NCBI GenBank assembly: GCA_048213135.1
Contig: PS015049.1
Location: 128,422 to 192,421, forward strand
DNA length: 64,000 nt
Direction of reading: 5' to 3'
From: Reclinomonas americana ATCC 50394
Taxonomy: Eukaryota
Shown: positions 36,914 to 50,579 of the stretch, piece after piece
Layout: every line of letters starts with the position of its first letter
How positions within the stretch are numbered: the stretch's first letter is position 1
Translations under genes and position numbers: made by a program
The notes under the pieces: generated by a model
Databases searched by the model: none
Told to the model about the DNA's origin: nothing
What the model saw: the letters and a program-made list of their open reading frames with translations, nothing else

Positions 36914-39900
36914 ATGGTCCACCTCACCGTTCTCTCCAGCCACACCAAGGCGCATGGCGCGCTCTTCCCGGTACCCTGTTTCCCCCTTACTCAATGCGTT
37001 GAATCACTCGTCTGTGCGCTGACGCACGCGCAAACACAGACACCAAGTCGCATTCGTGTGAAGGAACCCGATGGTCTCATGCTGGTCCTCCAAAGCGCAG
37101 CACCGCACACGAGAGTTGCGTCACGCTCTACCTTACTCACTGTTACACCACACTCACCCACTCCTTCGCTTGTCACACAATCACACATTTCCTTCCTCCT
37201 CCATTCCCTCCTTCCTTGACTCCTCTTTCCCTTCTTCCTTCCCTCCCACACTCTCCTTCCTTCTCTTTCCCTCCCTCCCTCCCCACCCCTTCTCCCTCTC
37301 CCCCCTCTCACTTCCCCCTGCTGCAGCCGGAGACGCAGCTCGGCGAACCATCATACTTTGTGTCGTTCTGCGTGGACGCCTCGGGCAAGCATGCGAGTGT
37401 GCTCGACTCGCGCGGCAATGTGTTCTCGTTGTACTTTGAGGAGAATCGTTTTGCATTGATGTCGCGATGTGGAGGCGGAGGCGGAGTGCTCGTGCAGTAC
37501 GCCAGCAGCCAGAAGCCACTGGTGTTGGTGGCACTGCGCAAGTTGTGTTGCACCCTTGCATTCACCATATCTCTTACTCTCCCAGTCTCTGACACGCAAA
37601 GCACAGCTTGCAAGTGCACCTGTACAATGCCATTTCACGCAACTTGGAGGCCACGCTGGTCGGCCTCACTGGCAGCCCGCGCTCGATCTTCTCACACCCC
37701 GATGGAAGCATGTTTGGCCTGTGCAGGTGTGCTTGCTTCTCCTGCCCACCCCCGTCGCCTCCCCTCAACCATTCCTCGCCGCGCAGCAACCATGAAATCG
37801 TGTTGTGGGAGTGCATTCCGAGCTGGCGGCGTGTGGCCATTCTGCGCCGCTCGGTCCGTGCACCCGGCCTGACGCATGCCACATACGATCCACTCGGTCG
37901 TGTGCTGGTCGTGGTCAATGCGCGCGTGTCGCGCATCTTTCTCCTCGACACGCACTCGTTGAGTGTGATTGGTGTGCTTGAACCGTGGGGTGCCGACATG
38001 GAGGGCACCGGTGACGAGAATGATGCCGAGCGTCGTTCCATTGGCAGCGCGTCTGCGACGGGTGCACGCACCGGTGGCGCCACACGCAAGCGCCGTCCAG
38101 GAGACTACCCCGCCGATGTGCTCACCACGTGTGCTTTCTCCTCCGACGGCAAGCTGCTGGCCGCCGGCGGCAAGTCCACCCGACTGTACGTGTGGGAGTA
38201 CGACACGTTCAACTTGCTGAAGATTGTCGACGTGCCACACGTGGCGGTGGGCACGGCGCAGATTCAGTTCTCGCGCGACTCGCAGGTGCGACAGGGGCAA
38301 AGAGTTGGTGCTGCTCAGCAGGAGTCTGTTTACCGACCTCCCTATCTGTTGCAGACCATGTTCTTGTTGGGTCTGGATGGCGCGTTGCGAGCAGTGAGCG
38401 CGTCCTCCTTCAAGATCGAGTTCGAGCTCAGCCTGCCACACGCAGTTGCGCACTGGGCATTCTGCCAGACATACACGCTGCGCTTCGCTTCCGCTCATCC
38501 TCCGTCAAACACCATTGCAGAGTATCATTCAGTTCGAGCTGCAACCGAGCATGGAGCGCATGCTCTTTTGCTTGTTGTCGTCTGGCGAGCTATACTTGTA
38601 CGACGTGGAGGTGGCGCGCACGAATTATCAAAAAGTGCTGCGAGCGCGCAACGTACAAGGCGACACGTTCCTCACGGTGCGATCGCCGGTGCGCGACGAG
38701 GACGAGACGCCGGATCTGTCGCGCTTGCTCAGCCCCGAGTTGTTTGCGCAAGTGCGTTCTGCGTTGTTTTCTCTTCCGTCTCTCCTTCTTCCCTCTCATT
38801 CACACGACACAGGCCACCGCGGAAGCACGCGGAATGCGCACTCCGCCCACCCCGAACACACTCAAGCAGTGGCTGCCCAAGAGCGATGCCGGTCCAGGCG
38901 ACGGNNNNNNNNNNNNNNNNNNNNNNNNNNNNNNNNNNNNNNNNNNNNNNNNNNNNNNNNNNNNNNNNNNNNNNNNNNNNNNNNNNNNNNNNNNNNNNNN
39001 NNNNNNNNNNNNNNNNNNNNNNNNNNNNNNNNNNNNNNNNNNNNNNNNNNNNNNNNNNNNNNNNNNNNNNNNNNNNNNNNNNNNNNNNNNNNNNNNNNNN
39101 NNNNNNNNNNNNNNNNNNNNNNNNNNNNNNNNNNNNNNNNNNNNNNNNNNNNNNNNNNNNNNNNNNNNNNNNNNNNNNNNNNNNNNNNNNNNNNNNNNNN
39201 NNNNNNNNNNNNNNNNNNNNNNNNNNNNNNNNNNNNNNNNNNNNNNNNNNNNNNNNNNNNNNNNNNNNNNNNNNNNNNNNNNNNNNNNNNNNNNNNNNNN
39301 NNNNNNNNNNNNNNNNNNNNNNNNNNNNNNNNNNNNNNNNNNNNNNNNNNNNNNNNNNNNNNNNNNNNNNNNNNNNNNNNNNNNNNNNNNNNNNNNNNNN
39401 NNNNNNNNNNNNNNNNNNNNNNNNNNNNNNNNNNNNNNNNNNNNNNNNNNNNNNNNNNNNNNNNNNNNNNNNNNNNNNNNNNNNNNNNNNNNNNNNNNNN
39501 NNNNNNNNNNNNNNNNNNNNNNNNNNNNNNNNNNNNNNNNNNNNNNNNNNNNNNNNNNNNNNNNNNNNNNNNNNNNNNNNNAGGGTTCTCTCCGCGCTGT
39601 CGTGGTGGACACCGCTGCTCTCCGAGGTGGCCTTCCTGCCCGAGTTGGTGTATCCGTTTGTGGAACTGTTCTCCGGCAGTGTCCTGGATGCGTTCGAGTG
39701 CTCCGCCGCCTTTATCATGAACTGGTGCCGCTACTACTTTGAGTATTGGCCGGCGGCGCCGGTGGACATGATGCACTTTGTGGCCGACTGTCTCCACGTC
39801 TACGACCCCGAGCTGTTTGCGCACTTGGATATCCTGCGCTGCTCACCGGAGGACACGGCGTGGCCGCTATTCCGCACCTCCATGTCGGAGGTGCTGTCGC

Positions 39901-42900
39901 GCGGCGAGTGGCTCCAACTCTTTGATCACGGTGCGCAACAACAACAACACGCTCCATATGTTTGACGAAACTCACCACTCTCGCTTCCGGCCGCAGTAAT
40001 GAGCAACGAACCGCTGTTCTTCTCGTGCGTGGTGGTGGCGTACCACTTGCAGTTCCGGGCGGCGGTTCTGCAAATGCGCGAGCGGGAGCAGATTTCGCGT
40101 TTCTTCCGTCAAGTGAATCCCGTCGACCTGTCAAAGGTGATTGCGCGTGCCATGCGCATCCATCGCGAGATGCGACCGGTGGTGTGCGACGCTCCCGGCG
40201 GCTACCTGCGTGACTTGGGNNNNNNNNNNNNNNNNNNNNTGCCTTCCGGCCCCTCACGCGCGAAGTCTATCCGCCCTTCCACCACTACCCACAGCACGTG
40301 GTCGACTATCACGTCAAGCAGCGTGAGCGATTGCGACGGGAAGAGGAGGAGCTGCTGGCCAAGCGGTGCGACGTCATGTGTTTATGAGTACGGCACACCT
40401 TATCCTTCCCTCACCGTCTGACGTGCGTGCAGTGCCACTGTGCAAGACATTCAACGACGCGCTGCTTCGCTGGAGGTGGAGGAGCGATCGTGGCGAGCTC
40501 GCCAGCGCGCGTTGCAGGTTGCAGAGCAGCAGGCGCGCGATCAGGCTGCCGTGGTCGACTCCAATATGCTGGCGGAGCGCGAACGGTCAGGCTCGCCACA
40601 TGCACCGCGTCCACATTTACAACTGCGCTGACACTTTGTCCCTCCTCGCAGCATGGACTTGGTGGAGCGACAGGCTCGTATTGAACAGCTCGAGGCCATG
40701 CGTCGGGCCACCGAGGCCGCGGCCAGCTACCGAGAGGAGTCGCTGAGACGGGGCGTTTCCGAGCAGGGTGAGTGTGTTGCCTTGTTTTTGTCTGCTCCTT
40801 GCTCTTCACCTGACTGACACCTCCCCCCAGTGAATGCACATATCGAGTCGACGGCGGCACGTCTGGCGTACGAGAGAGACAAGCTGCAGACGGAAAAGTC
40901 TCTGCGTGCCGCCGAGCTGGCCACACAGCAGCGGTGGGAGGAGGAGCACCGACGTCGCGAGGAGGAGTTGTTCCAGCGGCAGCTGGTGAACGATGTGGAG
41001 GCGCGCAAGCGTCGTCTGGAGACCGAGCACGACATGCTGGAGCATCAGCGGCGTGCGGAGGAAGAGGAGCGCATTCGTTCACGAGACTTGCACCGCGAGC
41101 GCAAGGAACGCATGCTGTCGCTTGAGGAGCGCCTGCAGCGCAAGCGCGAGGTGGAGCTCAAGTTGCAGATGCACGAACTCGATGCACAGGTGCGTGAGCG
41201 CTACGCTCACTGTCGCCTTTGTTGTGATGCATGACTCACATGAGTGTCTGCAGCTGCAACGCGACATGGCGGAGCGTGAGCGCCGTCTGCGTGAACTGGA
41301 GGACCGCCACTCTCTGCTGATGGATGAGGACGCCGAGCGGCGGCTGGAACTGGACCGCGCGCGCAGTCGTGCCGACGAGCTGGCGATGCAGGAGATCTCG
41401 GTCAAGGCCAGCGACCGTTTGCGAATTGAGGAGTCGGGCCGTGCACACGAATTCGACGAAGGTGCGCGCCTGCTGGCCGAGCAAATGGAGAGGCAAAAGA
41501 AGGTGAGTTGTTGCAAAACAAGTGTGTTTGGAGGCGGAGAACGCACGCTGAACATCTGTGCGAGTCACAGAGGATTGCAGAGTTGGAGGTCCTGCGCAGC
41601 CGCGGTCGCATTCAGGAGGAGCTGCTGAGTCGCGTGCGCGCAGAGGAGGAGTCGGCGCTGCGCGAGGAGCGCCGTCTGCAACAAATGTTGTTGGAGATGG
41701 ACAATGCTCGGCGGCAGGCGCGTGTCGACGAGTGGGAGCTGGATGCACGAGAGCATGCCACAAAGGTACATTTATGTGGTGATCGTTACGGTGGTGAATT
41801 TTATTGTCACTCATCTATCTATCGCTGTTGCTCCACCCCCAGAGTCAACTCGACCTGCAACGACAGCTGCACCAGACGGCAGATCAGATCTTGATCGAGG
41901 AACGCCAGCGCTTCAACGTGCTGCGCCAGCACCTGGACGAGCGCATGGAGGATGATCTGGCGGTGCACACCATTCGGCAGCCACGGCATCGACACGGCCA
42001 CGTGGATGTCGGGAGCCCGGCCACCGACGACGAGTTTGAGCGACCGCTGCGAGAGGCCGTACATGCTGCCGAGCGTGCACAACTGGAGCGTGATCGGTCG
42101 GACTTGGAGCGACGCCATCGCGAGTTCCTGGACCGCATCGATACTCTCGGACGGTCGCACACGCTTGGTCGCACCTCGGCGTCGGATCGCGACCGACCAC
42201 GCATGGAGTCGCCGGCACCGCTGGTGGGCGGCAGCAGTTTCTCTGCCGAGCACCCTGCCCTGTCGGCCATTCGTGAGACGCTGCGACGCGAGTACGGCTC
42301 GGAAGTGTCGACGATGACCACACCCTCCGGCACCGCCACACCCTCGTCGGGCGGCACCATGTCGTCGCCTTCGTTGACTCCGCCCTCCTCCTCCAGCAGC
42401 AACAGCAGCAGCACTACCAACACCAGTCGCAGTGGATCGGGCAACGACCGCTCCACTCCCGGCAGCGGTAGCAGCAGCAGCAGCAGTGGCAGCGGTAACG
42501 ATCGCGGACGAAGACGTGGAACCGATTCTTCGTCACCGTCACCACCGCCACCGCGCGTGATGGAACAGTTGGCGCGTCACTTTGCCGAGCGTCGCACCGC
42601 GACATCGCACTTGCTGGAGCGCACCGCCGAAGCCGAATCGGCAGCCGGCCGCCGACAAGCAGCAGCAGTAGCCGAAGAAGAGGAGCAGCAGCGGCAGCAA
42701 CAGGACTTGTCGCGTACCATGCGACGACCGGTCTCGTCCGGTCGCAGCGAGATGGTGGAGGCCTCGAGGCGAAGGGTGAGTGTTGGTGACGGTGATGACG
42801 ATGAAAGTGTGCAAAAAGCTCATATATATGTGTGGTGACGACTGCAGGCGAGTGCCGCCACAACGACAACCACCACAACGGCATCGTCGTCGTCCGTGTC

Positions 42901-43093
42901 GCGGAGAGCGACCGTCGGCGTCTCATCGTCGTCGTCGCTCATTTCGTCGACGGCCACCGAGTCGCACGACTCATACCTCAAGGACCTGCAAGCGGAGGCC
43001 TCCGACGTCATTCGCAAGCACCGCCACTCGCGAGGCATCTTGCAAGGCGCACCGGCAGGCGAGAGCACCATGACACGCGTGTCGCCGCCGTGA
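36914..43093 (+). CDS. TBC1D31: TBC1D31/WDR67-like protein: WD40 repeats, TBC domain and long coiled coil
   Basis: WD40 segment CAFSSDGKLLAAGGKSTRLYVWE; TBC segment RVLSALSWW...FLPELVYPFV...NWCRYYFEYWP...AWPLFRTSMSEVLSRGEWLQLFDHVMSNEP is characteristic of TBC1D31; E/R-rich coiled coil follows. About 14 in-frame introns; spans one large gap. Confidence 0.9.
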
Positions 43094-43232
43094 GCACTCC
43101 GAGAGGAAATAGCAGCATGTAAAGGAACAGGTGTTTGTTTTCACTTCATGCTCTCGTGCGTCGGCTCTCTACCATCGGCGGGATACGCCGCAGCTGCGGC
43201 GGCCTCGGATACTGTCTGCGCAACCCACCATG

Positions 43233-43903
43233 TCATTCACTGGGCAAGAACAAGGCGAACAACGAGAAAGTTACCTGCACGGCGAGTGGATCGACACCGG
43301 GAAGCGACGACACGCGCAAGGCCAGAGAGCAACCAGAGCACATGAGCACTGTATCATCGATCGTACGTTGCCACCAGTGCTGCTGCTGCTGCTCCACCTC
43401 GCCATCGGAAGACGACGACGACGAAGATCGAGGAGACGAGGGCGCATCTTGCTCGGCCAACTCCTCTCTCCGCTCCTCCTCCTGCTCCGCACGCGCTGCT
43501 GCCTCCTTCAGCAAGTGCACTCGCTGCAGCTCATACGTCTCTCCACACCGACACGGCCACATCCACACCTCATCCAGCGGATTCCACAGCATCTCATGCA
43601 AAAACACCTCCTCATTCGCCTCCAGCTCATCCGCCGACGGATCTGCACATGAGAAACATAAGCAACGCATCTACATAACGAGCAAGGAGGCGGGAAAGCA
43701 GCACCTCCCGCAGGCAGCGCATCGTCGCTGGTGAGCCGCAGATAGGCCTCATGCAAACGTCGGAACTTGGCAGCTGGATCACTGCCGCTTGCATGTAATT
43801 GCCGATCAGGGTGCAAGTCGCGGGCAAGGCGGCGGTATGCTGAGCGGATCTCGGCCAGTGTGGCGGTGCGAGAGACGCCGAGAATGTCGTATGGTGATGA
43901 CAT
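43233..43903 (-). CDS. DPH4: J-domain plus CSL zinc-finger protein (diphthamide biosynthesis DPH4/DNAJC24)
   Basis: SPYDILGV...IRSAYRRLARDLHPD J domain followed by WPCRCG...CSGCSL. Exact 3' end uncertain. Confidence 0.88.
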
Positions 43904-44496
43904 AAGTTCGAAGTTGGTGGTGGTGTCACTTGGGACATGATTTTCGCGCGCGATTTCGTGGTTCCTCACAAAAAAAGTGTGTGTTTGTGTGTGTGTGAAA
44001 GTGTGTGTGTGTGAGAGAGAGAGTGAGAGTGTGTGAGTGAGAGAGCGCAACGAGGAGGAGAAGAAAGGTGAGTGTGACAAATGTGTGACAAAAGTGTGTG
44101 TGAAAAGTGAGTGAGTGTGTGTGATGAGCGTAGAAAGAGTGTGTGTGTGCTAGTGGGTGTGTAAGTGTGTGTGAGAGTGTGTGTGTGTGTGTGAGGAACA
44201 AAATGTGAGAGTGTGAGAAAAAGTGAGTGATGAAAGTGTGTGAATGTGAGTGTGTGTATGAGTGTGTGTGTGAGTGTGTGTGTGAGAGAGAGAGAGAGAG
44301 ACAAGTGTGTGGAGTGTATCCCATGTGTTTGAGAATGTGATTGAGAAAGTACGTGTCGCGATTTGGTTCTTTTTTCTCAAACTCTTCTCTCACTCACACT
44401 CACTCTCACTCACTCTCACTCTCTCACTCTCTCTCTCTCTCTCACTCCCCTCACTCACTCACCCTCCCTCGACTCAGCACACAATCCGACAACAAT

Positions 44497-47400
44497 ATGT
44501 CCACTCGGCCGTCTCGCAGTGCGGCGTCCAAATCAGCGGCTGGCGGCAACTCGCCGCACTGGACGCGCACTGCTGCCGGACGCCCGCTGAGTAAGCGCGC
44601 AGCGGCGGGAGACAGTGACGGCGACTTTGACGATGGAGCTGGAGGCGACGCGTCGACTGGCCGTGCACGCTCGCAGGCGGGCGCACGACGCCCGTCGTAT
44701 CCGCCTCCGGATCGAGGACGACTGGCGCAGGCGATTGTGACGGTGCTGCGCGAGGCTGCCGCGCCACTGACGATTGAGGAGATTGTGGAGCGCGTGCACG
44801 CGCACGATACCGGGCTCACCACCAAGGCGCACCAGCTGCACGCGTTCCTGGGGCGCGATATTGCCTCCAAGGGCACTGGCTCGGTGTTCCATCGAGTGGT
44901 TCCCGGTGTGTTTTCGCTGCGTGAACTCGGTCCGGTGTCGGACGACGTTCGCGAGGCGTGCTTGGAGCGCGCCAAGAATCGCCCCAAGCACGGCGGCGCT
45001 CGCGTCAAGGTCATCGACGTCATTCAGCAACTGATCCTCGCCGCCGGTCATCCTCTGACGGTGTGCACATTGCATGTCAGCCTCTATGTTTTATCATTAC
45101 TTCGTGAGCCTCCCTCACACTCTTGGACGACTGCAGATTGCGTCGCAGCTGCGTTCGCGCGAGGACGGTGGCATCAGTGTGGACACGGCCGATCACCAGG
45201 TGCACGCACTGATCGCCCGCGACATCTCCAACAAAGGCTCCGGCTCGGTATTTGTGCGCGTGGCCAATGGCGTGTTCACGGTGCCAAGTGTGGGCGTGCC
45301 GCCCGATTATGTCGTTCCCCGTGCGACGTACACCGCCCCATCCTCGTCGTCCTCCACCACAGCAGCAGCAGGGGCGGCGGTGGCGGCGTCGGGTGATCGC
45401 GTTGTGGCGTCGCCAAGCGGTGCCACCAGTCGATCGCTGCAGCCCAACCTGACATCGCTGGTGCGCTGCATCTTGCGACAAACCGACGAANNNNNNNNNN
45501 NNNNNNNNNNCCAATGTCGGTCTCCGACCTGCTCGCACGCCTCGTTGCCACCGGCTCACGGCAACTGTCGCCCAATCTGAGCGAGCACCAGTTGCATGCG
45601 TTTCTCTCACGCAGTGCGCACAACAAGAGCGGGTACGATGTACCGCCCTTCCTGGTGCTGGAGGGTCATCGGTATACGACGCCGGAGAACGTTCAGCTCA
45701 ACGGCTTCCTACATCAGTTCTCGGATGCGACGTGGGTAGGCATGCTCGCTCGCGCTCTGCGCGACAGTGCCCGCAATGCTGGCACCGCGGCGGCCGACCA
45801 GGGCCAGGACCCACCATCCGCATTCATCTATCACGCCGAGCTGTCGGGTGCTGAGGTACTGCAGCTCATTCGCCATCGCCTGACGCTTGCCGACGACCGG
45901 CTGGCACTGCACACACTGCGCGAGCATGTGGAGGCCACTGTTGCGTCGCTGTCGCCACAGGACATGCCGATTGCCATGGCGATCGGCGCCGACGCCGACG
46001 ACGATGCGGCCGTGGTGTACACACTCCGCGAGTTGTATTCTGGACGGCAACAGACCACACGCAGCCCGGCACCCAGTCGGGCCAAGAGCAGTCTGGCACG
46101 CAAGAGGCGCCGCAGCCTGCTTTCCAAGAAGAAGAAGCAGAAACGGGGCGCTGCGACTGCTGCGACTTCTGCCGGTACCAAGCGGAGAAAGACAGCCGGC
46201 TCGGCCGTGGCCACCGAGGAAGGCCACGCCGGTTCAGAGAACGGCGACGACGACGATGCCGACAACGACGGTGACGACGACGACGATGATGACGACGGCG
46301 ATGAGGATATGTCCGCTGCTTTTGGCACCGGCCACGGCGGCGTTGACGACGACGATGACGACGACGGCGACTATCAGATTGCAGAGGGTGACAGCGGCGA
46401 CGACAGTGACGACGATTATGTTGCCGGCATCAGCGGCAGTATCTCGAAGTCGGGCCGAGGCCACAGGAATGGCGCCAATGGCGGCATGCAGCATTCGTTG
46501 CCGGAGACGGTGAGCGGCATGGTTTCTCTCGACAACCTGCCGCCACTGATCACCGAGGAGGAGGAGAGAGCGGCGGCCGACGGGCGCATCAGCACCATGT
46601 TTGATGAGGACGAGGACGAAGAGGACGAGGAGATGAAGACGGCGACGGTGGTGCATGAGGAGGANNNNNNNNNNNNNNNNNNNNNNNNNNNNNNNNNNNN
46701 NNNNNNNNNNNNNNNNNNNNNNNNNNNNNNNNNNNNNNNNNNNNNNNNNNNNNNNNNNNNNNNNNNNNNGGAGGAGGAGGAGAAGACGACGAATAAGGAC
46801 GAAGCGCCGAGTGCTGATGCGACCGACGACGACCATGCCATGGAGCACGCGAATGGCCATCGGCGACACGATGATGCTGATGACGACGGCGACGACGACG
46901 TTGCTGGCGGTGGTGGCGGTCCACAACCAGCGGCCCCTGTGGCGGTCGCGGACCACTCGATGTCGAGTGCCGCAAGTGGTGGCGGCAACGGCGACGGCAA
47001 CGGCAGCAGCAACAGCGGTGATGGCAGCAGTGGTAGTGGTGGTGGGGAGGGTACTGGAGCGAGCGGTAATGGTGGCCAACAAGAGAGCAGCAAGACGACG
47101 GCTGCGGCCGTACAGATGGGATTCGGTGGTGCCAACGAGTTCACTCCTGTGCGCCTGGCGCTGCTCCCCGGTGGCCACCTCAGCCACGCACGTTCCGCCG
47201 TGACTCTGACGCCAGACATGCACACGGAGGTGGAGGAGAGCGAAGACGACTCGGAGGCCATGATGGCGTTGGACGGCGACGGCATTGGTGCGCTGAAAGC
47301 GAGACCGGTAATCAAAGGGTACGTGTACTGGCGACACAATGCATCGATGCCCACGCATTGTCTGACATTGGCGTCTGTGTAGTGTTCGCTCTTCTTCCAC

Positions 47401-47632
47401 CGGGGCTGCTGCTGCGGCAGCGGCGGCGGCGGTGGCGGCTGCTGCCACTGCGGCCAGTGTGGGTGCAATGGTCCGCGATAATACCGAATGCGAACATGCT
47501 CTCACTCTGTTGCAGTTGTCGGGGTGCGTAAAAACGTCAACATCGTATTATCGTGCAGAATGACTGAATCGTCATCTCTGCAGGTTTGCCAACACCTCGT
47601 CGTCACTTTCGCGGTTACCCTCCATGTCGTGA
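44497..47632 (+). CDS. Nuclear protein with tandem HARE-HTH-like winged-helix domains, a basic NLS and a long acidic tail
   Basis: LAQAIVTVLREAAAPLTIEEIVERV...LHAFLGRDIASKGTGSVFHRVVPGVFSLRE plus 2-3 related repeats; RKRRR...KKKKQKR; D/E tracts. Confidence 0.75.
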
Positions 47633-47847
47633 GAACGCAGTTCCGGAGATGGTGGTTGCAAGTTGTATGGTGTTGCTGTTTATCAGTGTCGTTTCCTTTT
47701 CGATTCAATGTGGCGTGCGACCCGCACAATGTAAAAACAGAAAGAATGAACGATCAAATGTCGGAGCGCGTGTCGTGAGTGGGCACACTTTGCGTTGGAA
47801 TTGATTGTGCATTCATTCATTCAAGAATAACAAAACAACTACTAGAT

Positions 47848-50579
47848 TCAGTTGACGACTTCTATCGTCGAGGCGAGATTAACACCCTCACCGCCGTCAC
47901 CAGGAGCCGCGTTAGTATTGAGCAGGCGTGATTGACCTGCATTCGACATCCGTGCTGCTTGTGAGGGGCCGTGCGACGAAGAGCCGCCGCTGCTGTCGCC
48001 GACCACGTCCGGCTCACTGGAGCCAATGGGAGGCAGCACATCCACGGCCGACATGTGACGCGGTCGGGTGCCACTGCCGCTTGCGCCTTCGCGACCCTTG
48101 GTGGGCGACGAGCTGATGGCTCGCCCGGTCGGCTTGCGGCCCTTGCCGGAAGGAGAATTCTGCAGCGCGCACGCACACACATACAATAAACGTGAGTGAC
48201 AACCACGCTGCTCGTACCGCCTACCAAAAAAGACACACCGAGGAGGGGGAGCCGGTGCCGTATGGCGAGTGGGCCAGACGGGCCAATTGCGCGCCCGGAT
48301 GGATTAGTTGCGGATCCTGCAAGTGCGGTGGTTTCATGGATTCAAGTCGTGACTTGCGCGCCGCCATGCTGTCGTTCAGTGCTTTCAACATCATCAGGTC
48401 CGTGTTGATGCTGGCGTCCTGTGAGTGGGTGTGAGGAAAAGGGGGATGGAGGGAAAGGGTGGGAGGGGGAAAGGGAGAGGGTGCAGGGAAAGGATGGGAG
48501 ACGAGGGGGGAGTGACGAGGGGGAGAGACGAGGGGGAGTGACGAGGGGGAGTGACGAGGGGGAGAGACGAGGGGGAGAGAACGAGGGGGAGAGACGAGGG
48601 GGAGAGACGAGGGGGAGAGANNNNNNNNNNNNNNNNNNNNAAGAGAGAGGGCGAAGGGGAAGGGTGGGAGAGACGAGGGGGGAGAGACGAGGGGGAGTGA
48701 CGAGGGGGAGTGACGAGGGGGAGTGACGAGGGGGAGTGACGAGGGGGGAGTGACGAGGTACAGAGAGAAGGGTCACTGGCAATGAGAGTCACGCACCACC
48801 GCCTCGAGGCTTTCTAGCACTGCCAGTTTTGGGAGTGGGTCTGGAAGCAGAAGCATGGGAAGAAGGCTGGGATCCATGTGGGTGGTGGGATCGCGGCTTG
48901 AACTGGGAGTGAGAGGAGAGACAAGGTGAGTGAAGATGAAGGCACATACTGCGTGGCTGGCTTTCTGTCCTTCGCAGATAACGGGTCGTCTCTCTTTCTC
49001 TTTCTTTCTTTCGTGCACGCTTGTCTCAATTCTCTGTTCCTTGCTGCCCCTTTCGCTTCCACTCACCGTAACCGCTGTGCGTGTGTTGCCGTGCGCGTCC
49101 GGGTCGCCGATAATGAACGGACTTGCCTCTCGGCTCCCGGCGGGAGGGCGAGACTCCCCAGATCTGCCAGTTGCTCCAACGTCACTCCGGACAGTGACGG
49201 TGGTGGTGGCGGTGATGACAACCCGCTACCACTGCCACCAGCAGCTCCGCTACCACCACCAGCCATGGTTGCCGCAGGCGTTACACTGGGCGACAAGACA
49301 GACTGCGATTGGGGAGATGAGGTCATCGCAAAGCACGAAACACCATGGTCGATCCACAAACACACCACTTCGGCCTCGCGCTGCTGCAGCTCTTTGCGCA
49401 GCTTGGCAAGCTGCCGTTCCAACCCCTTGATCTGCTGCTCAATGTCGGCAGCACCCTCGTGAGCCCGGGTCTGTTCTCTCGCGCGCACCACGGCGCCGTG
49501 CATGCGGTCCAGGCGATTGCGCAGTTCCACATTCAGGGCTTCCGAGGCGGCGAGTTTCTCCCGCAGCTCCTTCTGCTTGCCGACCACTGATCGCGCCTCG
49601 GTGCGCAGCTGCGTGAGCTGCTGGTGGACCTCGGAGTATTGCGTCTCTGATCGTGCAGAAAGCGGTGGGCGGAGAGGCATGTATGACAGAGAAAGCAAGC
49701 GAGGGGCGATGCCGCACCGTACTTGGCCTTGTCGGTCTCCAGCTGCGCTCTGAGTTCGTCCACCTGCGTCTGTGAGTGCATCCGTTCCACCGTCAGCTGC
49801 TCCTTCAGCTTGGCCACCAGTCGAGTGGCAGTGACACGCTGCACGAGACGAGTCACAGATCAGCAACAAAGATCCACATCGTCAGTGAGAGTAGTGACAA
49901 GAGCGACGCAACATCCTCCAGCAACGTGGCCACCTCCGTCGCCGTCATGCCCTGCGCTCGACGCTGCGCCAGCTCCGCGTCGGAGAGACTGACAGCGGTC
50001 GGATCGAGATTGCGATCGCGGATGAACGATTCGAGCTCGTCAACGCGCCTGACGAAGGGGCAGCAAGGAGAGAGACCAGCAGTCAGCTCGTGAGCCGCGG
50101 GCGATCGTTGCGTTCTTTCTTTCTTCAGTCTCCTCGCTTATCCTTCCCTCGAGCGATCACCTCCTCTCTCTCTCTTCCGTCGAGCGATCTCTCTCTCTGT
50201 GCTTGTGACCCACCTTGCCAGCTCATTGGCTCTCTTCTCCTCCGCATCAGCTCGACTGCGCTCCGCCTGCAGCTTCTCTGTCAAACGACCGACTCGATCG
50301 TCCTGTCCGATTCCGCCGCCACTGCTCTGCTTCCCACTCGTCACTGCGCGTCGTCCGGTGACTGCACTGGCGGACTGAGGCACTGCCGTTGTTGTTACTG
50401 ATGTTGCTGTCTTGTGCCGAGTTGCGACACTGCGTGTGAATCACGGAGAGCAGTTTAGAATGACGTGTCCGCTCAGTGTGTGTGAGTGCGTGTGAGTGTG
50501 ATCGTTGAGCTGTGTGTGTATGTGTGTGTGTGAGAGGAGGACGGAACTCGGCAGAGCTGGCGTCGCCACCGCCAATCAT
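47848..50579 (-). CDS. Long coiled-coil hypothetical protein
   Basis: Heptad-rich exons (LTEKLQAERSRADAEEKRANELAR|RVDELESFIR...LVAKLKEQL...IKGLERQLAKLRKELQQRE) joined by in-frame introns. Start codon tentative. Confidence 0.65.
48490..48758. repeat. Intronic G-rich minisatellite with a ~13-bp unit (GGGGGAG[T/A]GACGA)
   Basis: Tandem copies directly visible, interrupted by a 20-N gap. Confidence 0.9.

Noticed and set aside
46234-47505. Long antisense ORFs opposite real exons (also 7281-8441, 31412-32323, 41884-42456)
   Set aside because: These are shadow or alternate-frame ORFs expected from GC-rich coding sequence, with no independent support.
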